Of a stretch of DNA of 64,000 nucleotides, positions 1 to 9,515 are shown in pieces. The stretch covers positions 124,001 through 188,000 of IMG/VR virus record IMGVR_UViG_3300028394_002328; one strand, given 5' to 3'. The notes under the pieces are model-generated. The model did not search any database. It had not been told where the DNA came from and worked only from the letters and a program-made list of their open reading frames with translations. How positions within the stretch are numbered: position 1 is the first letter of the stretch; every line of letters starts with the position of its first letter. The position numbers and the translations under genes are program-made.

Positions 1-3000
1 CAGTTTAATGCCACAACTGGACAATTTACACTACAAAATCCTATTGTTATTACTGATGAAGCTTATATAAGTGCTGGATCCCCTGTTAACAGTATAGGTA
101 ATATCGGCGACTACGCAGTAATAGCTAATCAACTAACCGGGACTCCAACTTCTGCAAAACAATTCTTTTACAAGACTAGTAGCAATACTTGGACATTTAT
201 TGGCTCTTCTGCATGGAAAGCAGATTGGCCCACAATTCAAGGTACCGCTTCAAATCCTGTATTAAACGCAGGCGACACATTTGATCTTCTTATATCCGAT
301 GGTTCTAATGTTACTATTACTGTTCCTGATGCTGGAGGTGGTAATGGCACAGTTTCCGGAGTTGCAAGTGCAATCAATGCTTTGGGTTGGGGAAATATGT
401 CTGCTTCTGTAAGAAGTGGAAAACTTTGTATATTTGGAAAAAGCACTGAATACATAGATGATAATCCACAATATGTCAGTATCACAAATAACAGTGGTAC
501 TGCTCTTGACGATATGGGAATTGCTGAGGGTTACTATTATCAGCCTTTACTGGAATCAGGAACTTCAGCACAACAACCTTTATGGCAAACTGGACAAACT
601 TATCCTCGTCCTACTGGTTCGGTGTGGATGAAAATTGGATCAGCCGGTACTGGACTACAGCCATATGTTTCTCAATGGGATTCTACCATAGCATCTTGGG
701 TAAATAGAAATGTATCATTAGCTACAAGTGACTGGGCTGCTTCAGCAGCACTAGATGCTACCGGTGGTCAAGCTATTCCTGCAGGAACAGTGTATGGTCA
801 ATATCAATTTAACGATACGTTAAGACCTAGTCCTTTATTTTTATGGGAAAGATATGCAACAGGTCCTACAGTAGTTACTGGCACAAATACTAGCCCATCA
901 TTTACAGCCGGGCCCTATACTTTAACAGTTTATGTTTCTATTCCAGGTAGTACATCCCTGTCTAGTGGTTATACTATGTCTTTAGGTGATAATACTGATG
1001 CTACTGATTTTGTTACAGCATGGTCAGCGGCTGGTATTGATTATACTACTGCTAGTGTAACAACTGATGGTGCAATACAATTAACACATACTGAAGGTGG
1101 TGAGATTGTTCTTGATGATGTAATTGCTGCAACAGGAGTTTCTTCTGGATTGATAACCGAAGCTGGATTTGTTATCGGTGATACTAATGTTAAATATGGA
1201 TCTCCTATAACAACATCATTTAGTAACGTCGCGGTTACCGGTGGAGCAGGTACGAGTGGTGTAGTAAATGTTTCAATAATTAGTGGTAACTATGTTGATA
1301 TCACAGCATCGGGCGGAACTAGTTATGTTGTGGGCAACACACTTACAGTTTTAGGGGCTAATCTAGGGGGAGCTACTCCTGCAAATAACTTAGTTTTAAA
1401 AGTTACAGCAATTGGAGGTAGCGGAAGCTTATCTGAAGTAACTTACGTGTCTGGCACTCCAAATATAGATTTTGCGGTGCAACTAAGCAATTGGTCTGAA
1501 TTTACTTATACAGCAAACGAAGGTGCCCCTGTTGCAGCTCCTGCTAACAATACAAATTGGTTCTACAGTGTTGTTAACCAAGTTGATATTATGGTAAATA
1601 TCCCAGTTGATGGTTGGGTAGGCTATAAAATGATTAACTATGATTCCAATGGTTTCCCAATTCCAACAGGTAGTAATACTACTGATCCAGCTGGGCCAAT
1701 AGTAAGTCCAACTGAGCCAACTACACAAAGTGATGGAACAGCATTGGAATATGGTGATATATGGGTTAACACTACTAACTTAGAAGATTATCCTGTCATT
1801 TCTCGTTGGCAATCAGTTGATGGTACAGATACATGGGTTCTAATAGATAATACAGATCAAGTTAATAGTACTGGTATAGTATTTGCGGATGCTCGTTGGG
1901 CAACTAACGATAATACGAATCCAGCAGATGATCCTATTCCAACAATAGCAAGTTTGTTAAGTAGTGATTATTTAGATTTAGATGCACCAAGCTCAAGTCT
2001 ATATCCAGTAGGAATGTTATTGTTCAACACACGCCGTTCAGGTTACAATGTTAAGCAATACAAAGTTAACTATTTTAACTCAGCTAGTTTCCCTGGAGAA
2101 ACATTACCTACTCAAACAGATGCATGGGTATCATCAAGTGGCTTACAGTCTAACGGTAGTCCATATATGGGTCGTAAAGCACAGAGAGCAATGGTTGTAG
2201 AATCATTACGCTCTACAATTGATACTAATCAAGCTATCCGTGATGAAGATAACTTCTTCAACCTAATGGCTACTCCTAACTATCCTGAACTACAACCTAA
2301 CATGGTCGTACTAAACGCCGATCGTGGTGAAACAGGTTACATATTAGGTGACACACCATTAGGGTTACCTGATAATGCTACTGATATTCAAGCATGGGCG
2401 ACAAACGCAGCAGGTGCTACAAGTACAGGTGAAGAAGGTTGTGTAACACGCAATACTTACTTAGGCTTGTTCTATCCAAGTGGAATAGCATTTGATTTAT
2501 CTGGTAACGAAGTTGCAGTTCCATCATCACATATGATGCTACGCACATTCTTACGCAATGATAATATTGCTTATCCTTGGTTAGCAGCAGCAGGTACACG
2601 AAGAGGTGTTATTGATAATGCAGCAAACATTGGTTATGTAGATAGAACAACTGGTGAATTCCAAGTTATTAAAACTAGATTAGGAATTCGTGATGTTTTA
2701 TATATTAACTTTATCAATCCAATGGTATTCTTTACAGGAAATGGCTTGTTGAATTATGGTAATAAGACAAGCTTTGACTCATCAAGTGCATTGGATAGAA
2801 CTAACGTTGCAAGATTGATTGCTTACATCCGTCGTCAATTGACAATTGCGGCTCGTCCGTTTGTCTTTGAACCTAACGATGCATTTACTAGAGGTCAAAT
2901 TGCAAACTCAGTAACATCACTAATGCTTGACTTACAAGCAAAACGTGGTATCTATGATTATCTAGTTGTGTGTGATGAGTCAAACAACACTCCTGCTAGA

Positions 3001-3111
3001 ATTGATAGAAATGAGCTTTGGGTAGACGTTGCGATTGAGCCTGTTAAGGCAGCTGAATTCATCTACATCCCAGTTCGTATTTTGAATACAGGTGAGTTAG
3101 CAGCACTATAA
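1..3111 (+). CDS. gp18: Contractile tail sheath protein (T4 gp18-like), 5'-truncated by window
   Basis: Frame is open from base 1 (QFNATTGQ...), so the gene starts upstream of the track start at 382. The C-terminus has sheath motifs: PSSHMMLRT..PWLAAAGTRRG, RTNVARLIAYIRR, FVFEPND, YDYLVVCDESNNTPARIDRNELWVDVAIEPVKAAEFIYIPVRI. Confidence 0.95.
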   Translation, partial: QFNATTGQFTLQNPIVITDEAYISAGSPVNSIGNIGDYAVIANQLTGTPTSAKQFFYKTSSNTWTFIGSSAWKADWPTIQGTASNPVLNAGDTFDLLISDGSNVTITVPDAGGGNGTVSGVASAINALGWGNMSASVRSGKLCIFGKSTEYIDDNPQYVSITNNSGTALDDMGIAEGYYYQPLLESGTSAQQPLWQTGQTYPRPTGSVWMKIGSAGTGLQPYVSQWDSTIASWVNRNVSLATSDWAASAALDATGGQAIPAGTVYGQYQFNDTLRPSPLFLWERYATGPTVVTGTNTSPSFTAGPYTLTVYVSIPGSTSLSSGYTMSLGDNTDATDFVTAWSAAGIDYTTASVTTDGAIQLTHTEGGEIVLDDVIAATGVSSGLITEAGFVIGDTNVKYGSPITTSFSNVAVTGGAGTSGVVNVSIISGNYVDITASGGTSYVVGNTLTVLGANLGGATPANNLVLKVTAIGGSGSLSEVTYVSGTPNIDFAVQLSNWSEFTYTANEGAPVAAPANNTNWFYSVVNQVDIMVNIPVDGWVGYKMINYDSNGFPIPTGSNTTDPAGPIVSPTEPTTQSDGTALEYGDIWVNTTNLEDYPVISRWQSVDGTDTWVLIDNTDQVNSTGIVFADARWATNDNTNPADDPIPTIASLLSSDYLDLDAPSSSLYPVGMLLFNTRRSGYNVKQYKVNYFNSASFPGETLPTQTDAWVSSSGLQSNGSPYMGRKAQRAMVVESLRSTIDTNQAIRDEDNFFNLMATPNYPELQPNMVVLNADRGETGYILGDTPLGLPDNATDIQAWATNAAGATSTGEEGCVTRNTYLGLFYPSGIAFDLSGNEVAVPSSHMMLRTFLRNDNIAYPWLAAAGTRRGVIDNAANIGYVDRTTGEFQVIKTRLGIRDVLYINFINPMVFFTGNGLLNYGNKTSFDSSSALDRTNVARLIAYIRRQLTIAARPFVFEPNDAFTRGQIANSVTSLMLDLQAKRGIYDYLVVCDESNNTPARIDRNELWVDVAIEPVKAAEFIYIPVRILNTGELAAL

Positions 3112-3115
3112 GAAG

Positions 3116-3141
3116 ATTAAGGGGCAGAAATGCCCCTTAAT
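3116..3141 (+). terminator. Stem-loop after tail sheath (terminator or processing hairpin)
   Basis: ATTAAGGGGCA-GAAA-TGCCCCTTAAT: perfect 11-bp stem, GAAA tetraloop, 4 nt after the stop; no strong U-tract. Confidence 0.7.
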
Positions 3142-3145
3142 AAAA

Positions 3146-3153
3146 GATAAATA
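3146..3153 (+). promoter_or_regulatory. T4-like late promoter core
   Basis: GATAAATA upstream of SD AGGAG and the tail tube ATG at 3175. Confidence 0.7.
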
Positions 3154-3174
3154 ATATTAACAGGAGAAATTAAA

Positions 3175-3807
3175 ATGGCGATAGCCTCACAAACACTAGT
3201 TAATCTATCAGCAAGCGATACCAATAATGGTAATCAAACTTTGTTGATGCCAAAGTTACAGTTTAGATTCCGTCTAAACTTTTTTAACTTTGGTGATAAT
3301 GATGGACTTGAATTAACAAGACAAGTTATTGATTGTTCTAGACCAAACCTTTCGTTCGCTAAGATTACATTACCAGTATACAACTCTACCATTTTCATGG
3401 CAGGTAAGCATACATGGCAGACCATGACTGCTAACATTCGTGACGATGCCTCAGGTGCAGTATCTAGATCAGTTGGTGCACAGGTTCAAAAGCAATTAGA
3501 CATGGCAGAACAAGCCAGTGCTGCGTCAGCAAGTGACTATAAGTTTTCAATGACTTTAGAAATTTTAGACGGTGGTAATGGAGTTGCAGTACCCCAAGTA
3601 CTTGAAACATGGTATTTAGTTGGATGTTTCTTAGAATCAGTTAACTATAACACTGTCAACTATGGTACTAACGAAGACGTTAGAATAGCATTAACCATAC
3701 AATACGACAACGCAATCCAAACAGGATACAACGGAGTCGAAGAAGGCGTAGGACAGACTGCACAGCAACAGAGAAACCCAACAGATACAGCTACCAGCGT
3801 AGCCTAA
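3175..3807 (+). CDS. gp19: Tail tube protein (T4 gp19-like)
   Basis: LMPKLQFRFRL, RPNLSF, AGKHTWQTMTANIRDD, LETWYLVGCF, IALTIQYDNA; directly follows the sheath; good SD. Confidence 0.9.
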   Translation: MAIASQTLVNLSASDTNNGNQTLLMPKLQFRFRLNFFNFGDNDGLELTRQVIDCSRPNLSFAKITLPVYNSTIFMAGKHTWQTMTANIRDDASGAVSRSVGAQVQKQLDMAEQASAASASDYKFSMTLEILDGGNGVAVPQVLETWYLVGCFLESVNYNTVNYGTNEDVRIALTIQYDNAIQTGYNGVEEGVGQTAQQQRNPTDTATSVA

Positions 3808-3817
3808 GAGGTAACGC

Positions 3818-4777
3818 ATGGCTAACTCTAACGGGCAAAACCTACAAAGAAGGACCGGGGCTCCCGGTCCTCCTAATGACGGTAAATCCTATTCTGCTTC
3901 AGGTGCAAATCTGCGTGATGCTCAACACGCAGCAAAAATATTTAGAACAGGTGTTTATGAACGAGCACCTAAACTTAAATTTTTATTTCATGTATATTTT
4001 GATGTTAACCAAACAGCATACGATCAGAATATAAATACTGGTGCTAATTTTGGTCTTTTAGTTAAAAGTGTTAAATTGCCTAGCTATCAAATAAACACTG
4101 TTGACATGAATCAATATAATAGAAAAAGAATCGTACAGACTAAAATTAAATATAATCCTGTTACTATTAATTTTCACGATGATAGTAATAATATGATTAC
4201 CAAATTATGGGATGCATATTATACATATTATTATAAAGATGGTTCAAATTTTGGTGCTGTTTTTCAAGGTGCTAGAGGTGGAATTGCTAGACCAACTACG
4301 GATAACGGTGGATCTGTGCAAGCAGCCACAGATGCTAATTATAATTATAGAAACATTTACACAAACACAGATAATATTGTTGGGAATAATAATTGGGGTT
4401 ATTGGGGAGAAAGTCCTAATCCTAGTTTAGTTAAAGTACCCTTCTTCAAAAATATAACTATATTTGGATTTAACCAACATAAGTTTACTGCATATACATT
4501 AATTAATCCAATGATTAATTCATTAAATCATGATACCTACAATTATTCAGAAGGTGGTGGTACAATGGATATTCAAATGGATTTAGGATATGAAACAGTA
4601 GTTTATAATGCAGGCGCTATGGATGGTCAAACTCCGAGTAATATTGTTCAAGGATTTGGTTTAGACGGCTCATATGATAAGATACTAAGTCCAGTTACAC
4701 CAAAAGGTAATAATAGACCTGTTGCAGGAAAAAGTGTTTACATTCCACCTGCTGGTGGATTTATGAGTCCATATTAA
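3818..4777 (+). CDS. Tail tube-like / baseplate tube initiator (gp54/gp48-like)
   Basis: LFHVYF..GLLVKSVKLPSYQINTVDMNQYNRKRIVQTKIKYNPVTINFHDD, a gp19-superfamily pattern, adjacent to the tube gene. Confidence 0.7.
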   Translation: MANSNGQNLQRRTGAPGPPNDGKSYSASGANLRDAQHAAKIFRTGVYERAPKLKFLFHVYFDVNQTAYDQNINTGANFGLLVKSVKLPSYQINTVDMNQYNRKRIVQTKIKYNPVTINFHDDSNNMITKLWDAYYTYYYKDGSNFGAVFQGARGGIARPTTDNGGSVQAATDANYNYRNIYTNTDNIVGNNNWGYWGESPNPSLVKVPFFKNITIFGFNQHKFTAYTLINPMINSLNHDTYNYSEGGGTMDIQMDLGYETVVYNAGAMDGQTPSNIVQGFGLDGSYDKILSPVTPKGNNRPVAGKSVYIPPAGGFMSPY

Positions 4778-4789
4778 GAAAGGTATAAT

Positions 4790-5065
4790 ATGTCGTTAAA
4801 CAATCCAAATGTAGCTTATAACTATCAAAAAACACCAGGGTTAGTTACTTCAGATGCATTGCAATCTGTGGCAGGATTATCAGTAGCATTAAGAAATAAT
4901 CCAAATTATAATAGAAACTTATCTACTTTATATCCTATTGGTCAATCTACACCTAATCCAGGCGCCGGTTATCCTACAATGCTAGCACTACAATCTCCCA
5001 AAGGAATTGGTGAATATCCTTATGCAGGTTCACAAGTAACATATATAGGTGGAACAAGTGGCTAG
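4790..5065 (+). CDS. Hypothetical protein (91 aa)
   Basis: ORF fills the gap in the operon, with AAGG SD; no motif recognised. Confidence 0.6.
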   Translation: MSLNNPNVAYNYQKTPGLVTSDALQSVAGLSVALRNNPNYNRNLSTLYPIGQSTPNPGAGYPTMLALQSPKGIGEYPYAGSQVTYIGGTSG

Positions 5066-5420
5066 AATAATAGATAACAGATCCAATTTAGATCAAACTA
5101 TTAGAATTTTTGATTCTTTTTATTCTACTGATGTAAGAGTTGGTGCAGACCAATTTGATATTGTATATGGATACTTCACTAGCGTATGTGAAACTAAAAC
5201 TATAGCACAAAATTTTACAGCAGTTTTGTTTAGGGCAGCAACTGAAACAGGATTAAATGTATTAGATTTATTAGACGAAATACAGGGCAGCGGTAATAAA
5301 TTACAAATGAATAAAATTATTTGTTATTACCTAAACAGTTTGAAATCAAAAACTTCTTTGTATGGGGTAAGTGTTGTGCCTAGACCCAATCAACCTGTAG
5401 CGAGAAATGTAGTACAATGA
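5049..5420 (+). CDS. Conserved-type hypothetical phage protein
   Basis: In-operon ORF; GTG at 5058 (SD AGGTGG) is an equally plausible start. Confidence 0.7.
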   Translation: MEQVARIIDNRSNLDQTIRIFDSFYSTDVRVGADQFDIVYGYFTSVCETKTIAQNFTAVLFRAATETGLNVLDLLDEIQGSGNKLQMNKIICYYLNSLKSKTSLYGVSVVPRPNQPVARNVVQ

Positions 5421-5421
5421 T

Positions 5422-5859
5422 ATGGGGAAATGGGCACAAGGGTTTTATACTCCTAAAAATCCTCAAAAATATATAGGAAAACATACTCCTAAATATCGTT
5501 CAGGATGGGAACTCACATTTATGACATTTTGTGACAGTAACAATAATGTACTGTACTGGGCTAGTGAAGCATTAAGAATTCCATATAAACACCCATTCAC
5601 AGGTAAACCAACTATCTATGTTCCTGATTTTTTTGTAGTCTATGAAAATAAGTTCGGCAAGAAAATAGCAGAAGTTGTAGAAATTAAACCTAAAAAACAA
5701 AGTATTATAGAAAGTAAAGCAGCCAGTGCAAAAGATAGAATGGTTGTTGCTATAAATCATGCTAAGTGGCAAGCGGCTATGGGATATTGTAAAAGTCAAG
5801 GATATACATTTAGAGTAATTACTGAATCCGATTTATTTAGAAATGGTAACCAAACCTGA
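5422..5859 (+). CDS. gp4: Head completion nuclease (T4 gp4-like, TnsA-N/PD-(D/E)xK fold)
   Basis: QGFYTPKNPQKYIG, YRSGWELTFMTFCD, WASE, YVPDF, EIKP, KWQAA, FRVITESDL. Confidence 0.9.
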   Translation: MGKWAQGFYTPKNPQKYIGKHTPKYRSGWELTFMTFCDSNNNVLYWASEALRIPYKHPFTGKPTIYVPDFFVVYENKFGKKIAEVVEIKPKKQSIIESKAASAKDRMVVAINHAKWQAAMGYCKSQGYTFRVITESDLFRNGNQT

Positions 5860-5860
5860 C

Positions 5861-5866
5861 TAAATA
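5861..5866 (+). promoter_or_regulatory. Late promoter core, 5 nt before ATG
   Basis: TAAATA-ATATT-ATG(5872), no SD. Confidence 0.6.
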
Positions 5867-5871
5867 ATATT

Positions 5872-6354
5872 ATGACCAAACGTTTAGAAGAATTATTTGA
5901 ACTGCCACAAGAAGAGATTGAATCTCTGTCTAAACCTATTCCTGAAAATGCAATAGAAGTTACTAAAGAAGCGTTAACTAATTTAGAAAAAATAGAAAAT
6001 GCTTTACCTCAAGTAAGAGGATTAGAAGTTGCTGATATTGAAATGGACAGTCTAGCTGATTTAGCTACTAATAGTTATAAAGACCTTATGGACTTAGGTA
6101 TGCAAGTAGATAGCAGATTTAGCAGTGAAATATTTAGCGTAGCTAGTAACATGTTAAATCATGCCATTACTGCTAAGACAGCTAAAATTAATAAGAAACT
6201 TAAAATGATAGAATTACAATTAAAGAAAGCTGCATTAGACCACAAAACCAATCCTGCCGTAGAAGAAATAGCAAATACTCCATTAGGTGAAGGTAAGGCT
6301 CTTGATAGAAATGAGTTGTTAAAAATTCTAGCAGCTAAAAAGAATGATGAATGA
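5872..6354 (+). CDS. Helical protein, possible small terminase subunit (gp16-like)
   Basis: Two-helix pattern SYKDLMDLG..SRFSSEIFSVASNMLNHAITAK..KMIELQLKK resembles gp16-type helices; position next to gp4. Assignment is tentative. Confidence 0.45.
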   Translation: MTKRLEELFELPQEEIESLSKPIPENAIEVTKEALTNLEKIENALPQVRGLEVADIEMDSLADLATNSYKDLMDLGMQVDSRFSSEIFSVASNMLNHAITAKTAKINKKLKMIELQLKKAALDHKTNPAVEEIANTPLGEGKALDRNELLKILAAKKNDE

Positions 6355-6365
6355 TAAATACTAGA
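6353..6365 (+). promoter_or_regulatory. Late promoter, extended GATAAATACTAGA copy 1
   Basis: Exact 13-mer also at 9484 and 27092. Confidence 0.7.
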
Positions 6366-6379
6366 TACGGGAACATGCA

Positions 6380-7006
6380 ATGAAAAGCCTTAAAAAATAT
6401 ATTACTGAAAGTGTGCATACATATAACTGCACGATTAAAATTGCAGGTGATGTTGATAAAAACTTCTTAGATTTATTCAAGTACAATCTAAGTAAGTTTG
6501 ATCCTATCGATATCAGTGCTCCTACAACCACGCCTATTCAAAAAGATCCATATGGTTTTCCTAATTTAAGCAATCAATCTGTAACTATTATCAAATGTAA
6601 ATTTAGATATCCAGCTACAGAACCAATGGTTCAACAAATAGCACAGTTGTGTGGATATAATGTTGATATGGTTCGTTTAGTTAATACTGATTATAACGAC
6701 AGTATTAATACAGAATCAGATGAGTATGCTAACCAAATGAAAGAAAGCCCATTATTGACTAAAAACGAAATGGGTTCAGCACCAGGCAGTAAAGAGGCTA
6801 GCAAAGCATATGGCGAGTCATATTTGACAAGCATTAAAGATCAAATGAAGGATAATGAAATTGATATTCCTTATTCAGGACAAAAAACTCAACCAGCATT
6901 TGATCCATTCAAAGTTATACCTCAAGATCCTAGGGGCGACAATAGCCCAATGAGTAAGATTACTAGACCAAATAAACCAGCGACTGGCGCTAAGTTCAAT
7001 AGATAA
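6380..7006 (+). CDS. Putative internal head protein with T4-like capsid-targeting N-terminus
   Basis: N-terminus MKSLKKYITE aligns with T4 CTS MKTYQEFIAE; late promoter upstream. Confidence 0.6.
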   Translation: MKSLKKYITESVHTYNCTIKIAGDVDKNFLDLFKYNLSKFDPIDISAPTTTPIQKDPYGFPNLSNQSVTIIKCKFRYPATEPMVQQIAQLCGYNVDMVRLVNTDYNDSINTESDEYANQMKESPLLTKNEMGSAPGSKEASKAYGESYLTSIKDQMKDNEIDIPYSGQKTQPAFDPFKVIPQDPRGDNSPMSKITRPNKPATGAKFNR

Positions 7007-7017
7007 GGAACACAAAA

Positions 7018-9414
7018 ATGGACATGAAAGATTTATTATCAAAAATGGCTCAGCTTAATGAGGCTAAAGAAGCAAGCTATTCACCATCATACCGTGTAGG
7101 TAAGACTGGTGATTTTAGTGATAAGCCTAATATGAAAAGAGGCACACCAGTTGCTGGTAAAATAGGTAAGTATGGAAAAACATCAGATGAGTTAGGTGAT
7201 CCTGATCAAGATCCTGATGATGATACCTCTTCTAGCGCAGAGAAGCGTGGTCGTGGTCGTCCCAAGAAAGCAGGTGGAGAAGCATATACTAAAGATAGAT
7301 ACTCTGGTGCAAAAGACCTACAAAGTGTTATGATTGGTAAAATGCCTAAATCATTACCAGGTAAAAAAGGTACAGTACATAAATCTCCTCAAGATAAAGA
7401 AGAAGGCGCTACTAAAAAGAAAAGTTTAAAAGATTGGGTTGAAAGAGTAGAAAGCGTATTAGCAGAAAATACTGCTACCACAACATCAACTGCTACTGCA
7501 CCTAGTCCTTCACAGAAAGTAATGGTAAAGCCAGGCCAGCCTGCTGGACAAAAGCCTCCTGCAACAATGACTACACAAACAGGTCAAACTATTGCTGTAG
7601 GTTCAGCAGACCAAGTTAAAAAATTAGGTGATTTAGTTAACACAGGGCAAGTACAATTAACAAAGCCTGGTACAACTCAGCCACTAGATGAAGAAGATAT
7701 GGAAGAAGGTAATGAAAAGTGGATCAAAGGCGCTATCAAGCATCCAGGTGCTTTCACTAAAAAAGCAAAATCACATGGAATGAGTACATCTTCATTTGCT
7801 AGTAAAGTATTATCTAATAAAGAAGATTATCCTGCTAGTACTGAAAAGCAAGCAAATCTTGCAAAAACTTTAGGTAAGTTCCGTAAAAAAACTGACGAGG
7901 CTGATATTCCTCCAAATGACAGTTTAATGAGTCCTATTAGCGAAGCAAAGAAAAAAGCCGATGCAGCAGCAAAGAAAGATGATAAGGCTGAAAAAGCAGG
8001 CAAGAAAGTAGCTAAAGATATTGAGTATGATGAAAAAGTAAAAGATAGCATACATGGTAAAAAGCGCAGTGCTGAGGATAATAAAGCAGAACGTGCGGGT
8101 AAAAAAGTTGCTAAGGACATTGAATACGATATGAAAAAGAAAACAGTTAAAGAAGCCGCTAAGCCAGATTTCCCTGATATTGACAATGACGGCAATACAA
8201 AAGAATCTATGAAAAAGGCTGCAGCCGACAAGAAAAAGAAGGCTGTTAAAGAAGGTAGAGACCATCACTTAAAAGCAGCCTATCATGAAGGTAAGGCACA
8301 TGGTTTAAGCAAACAAGCATATAACTGTCGCCATGATGATATGGAAGAAGCAAGACAGTATCATGAAGGTTACAAGTGTGGTCTTGATGAGTGCTATGGT
8401 CAACAACCTATTTTAGGTTATGTCGGTGAAGAATCACAACATGATGTAGTTGACACAATGGCTAGTTACGGTGCTCATGGATTAGAAGAAGATGATATGA
8501 TGGAAGTTGGTCGTGGTGAATACATGAAGCAACAAGCCCGTAAGCCAGGCGATACATTCAAAGCGTTTGGTCAAACTTTCAAAGATAGCGATGTACTAGA
8601 TGAATTTGCTTTTGAATCATGGGATAAGCAATTAACTGCTATCTTAGAAGGTAAAGAAGTAAATGAAGGTATGACTGTTTCTATCTCTAAAGGTCATCAA
8701 GGTTCCCCTGATTCAGTAAGCGTATCAGCACAAGATGGCGAAGCCGACCAGTTGTTAGGCTTAATCAAATCAGCAGGCTTAGGTTTGTTTGGTGGAGATG
8801 AAAGCAAAGGGTTCGCACCCGGTGAAGAAACTCCTAGAACAGCACCAGGTGGTATTGAAGTAGTTGATGATCATGATGGTATGATGGCATTAATGAAAAA
8901 ATTAACTGGCGGTGACACGTCAGGTAGTGATGGAGATTACGAAGAAGAACAAGGTCATACCGATCACGACCATGGAGATCATGAAGAAGAGTGTAATGAG
9001 TGTGGTTACATGGAAAGCGATTGCCAGTGTGATGACAAAGAAATGGTTGATGAAGTAGAATCAGAAGACCAAATGACTTACAATGTAGCAGAAGATAATC
9101 CTCCTGATTCAGGCGCAGCAGAAACAACTGCTGATGAAAATGCTGAAGCAGCGGAAGATCAGGCAATTGCAACAGACGATGAATTTCAAAATGTCAATGA
9201 ATGGGCTAATCAAGTTGGTGGAGGTCCAGGCAAAGGGACAGATGCAGGATTTGAGCAAGATATTGCGTTTATGACTAAAGTTATTTCAGGTGGCTTGAAT
9301 AAGCAAAAATCAACTGGTCAGACAACTATCCCAGTGATTGCTCATCAGGGGCAGCGTACTGGTGTTAATGAAAATTTTGTGGCTGATTGGAAGAAATTAG
9401 CAGGAATAAAGTAA
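7018..9414 (+). CDS. Large charged low-complexity protein, putative prohead core/internal protein
   Basis: 798 aa, Lys/Glu/Asp-rich, many [LIVM]-x-E motifs, AT-hook KRGRGRPKK, DxDxDG motif, His/Cys cluster, ends DWKKLAGIK. Confidence 0.65.
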   Translation: MDMKDLLSKMAQLNEAKEASYSPSYRVGKTGDFSDKPNMKRGTPVAGKIGKYGKTSDELGDPDQDPDDDTSSSAEKRGRGRPKKAGGEAYTKDRYSGAKDLQSVMIGKMPKSLPGKKGTVHKSPQDKEEGATKKKSLKDWVERVESVLAENTATTTSTATAPSPSQKVMVKPGQPAGQKPPATMTTQTGQTIAVGSADQVKKLGDLVNTGQVQLTKPGTTQPLDEEDMEEGNEKWIKGAIKHPGAFTKKAKSHGMSTSSFASKVLSNKEDYPASTEKQANLAKTLGKFRKKTDEADIPPNDSLMSPISEAKKKADAAAKKDDKAEKAGKKVAKDIEYDEKVKDSIHGKKRSAEDNKAERAGKKVAKDIEYDMKKKTVKEAAKPDFPDIDNDGNTKESMKKAAADKKKKAVKEGRDHHLKAAYHEGKAHGLSKQAYNCRHDDMEEARQYHEGYKCGLDECYGQQPILGYVGEESQHDVVDTMASYGAHGLEEDDMMEVGRGEYMKQQARKPGDTFKAFGQTFKDSDVLDEFAFESWDKQLTAILEGKEVNEGMTVSISKGHQGSPDSVSVSAQDGEADQLLGLIKSAGLGLFGGDESKGFAPGEETPRTAPGGIEVVDDHDGMMALMKKLTGGDTSGSDGDYEEEQGHTDHDHGDHEEECNECGYMESDCQCDDKEMVDEVESEDQMTYNVAEDNPPDSGAAETTADENAEAAEDQAIATDDEFQNVNEWANQVGGGPGKGTDAGFEQDIAFMTKVISGGLNKQKSTGQTTIPVIAHQGQRTGVNENFVADWKKLAGIK

Positions 9415-9428
9415 AAGCAACTGATAAG

Positions 9429-9457
9429 AAATACCCAGCTTAGCTGGGTATTTTTTT
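9429..9457 (+). terminator. Rho-independent terminator
   Basis: AAATACCCAGC-TTA-GCTGGGTATTT followed by a T-run. Confidence 0.9.
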
Positions 9458-9483
9458 GGCTATGGCGTTCTTTATCTCAAAAC

Positions 9484-9496
9484 GATAAATACTAGA
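9484..9496 (+). promoter_or_regulatory. Late promoter, extended GATAAATACTAGA copy 2
   Basis: Between the terminator and the ATG at 9516. Confidence 0.75.
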
Positions 9497-9515
9497 ATAA
9501 AGAGGTAATGATAGG

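Noticed and set aside
237-2599. Short ORFs at 237-485, 262-471, 1483-1728, 2417-2599
   Set aside because: Overlap the tail sheath frame, which is open from base 1.
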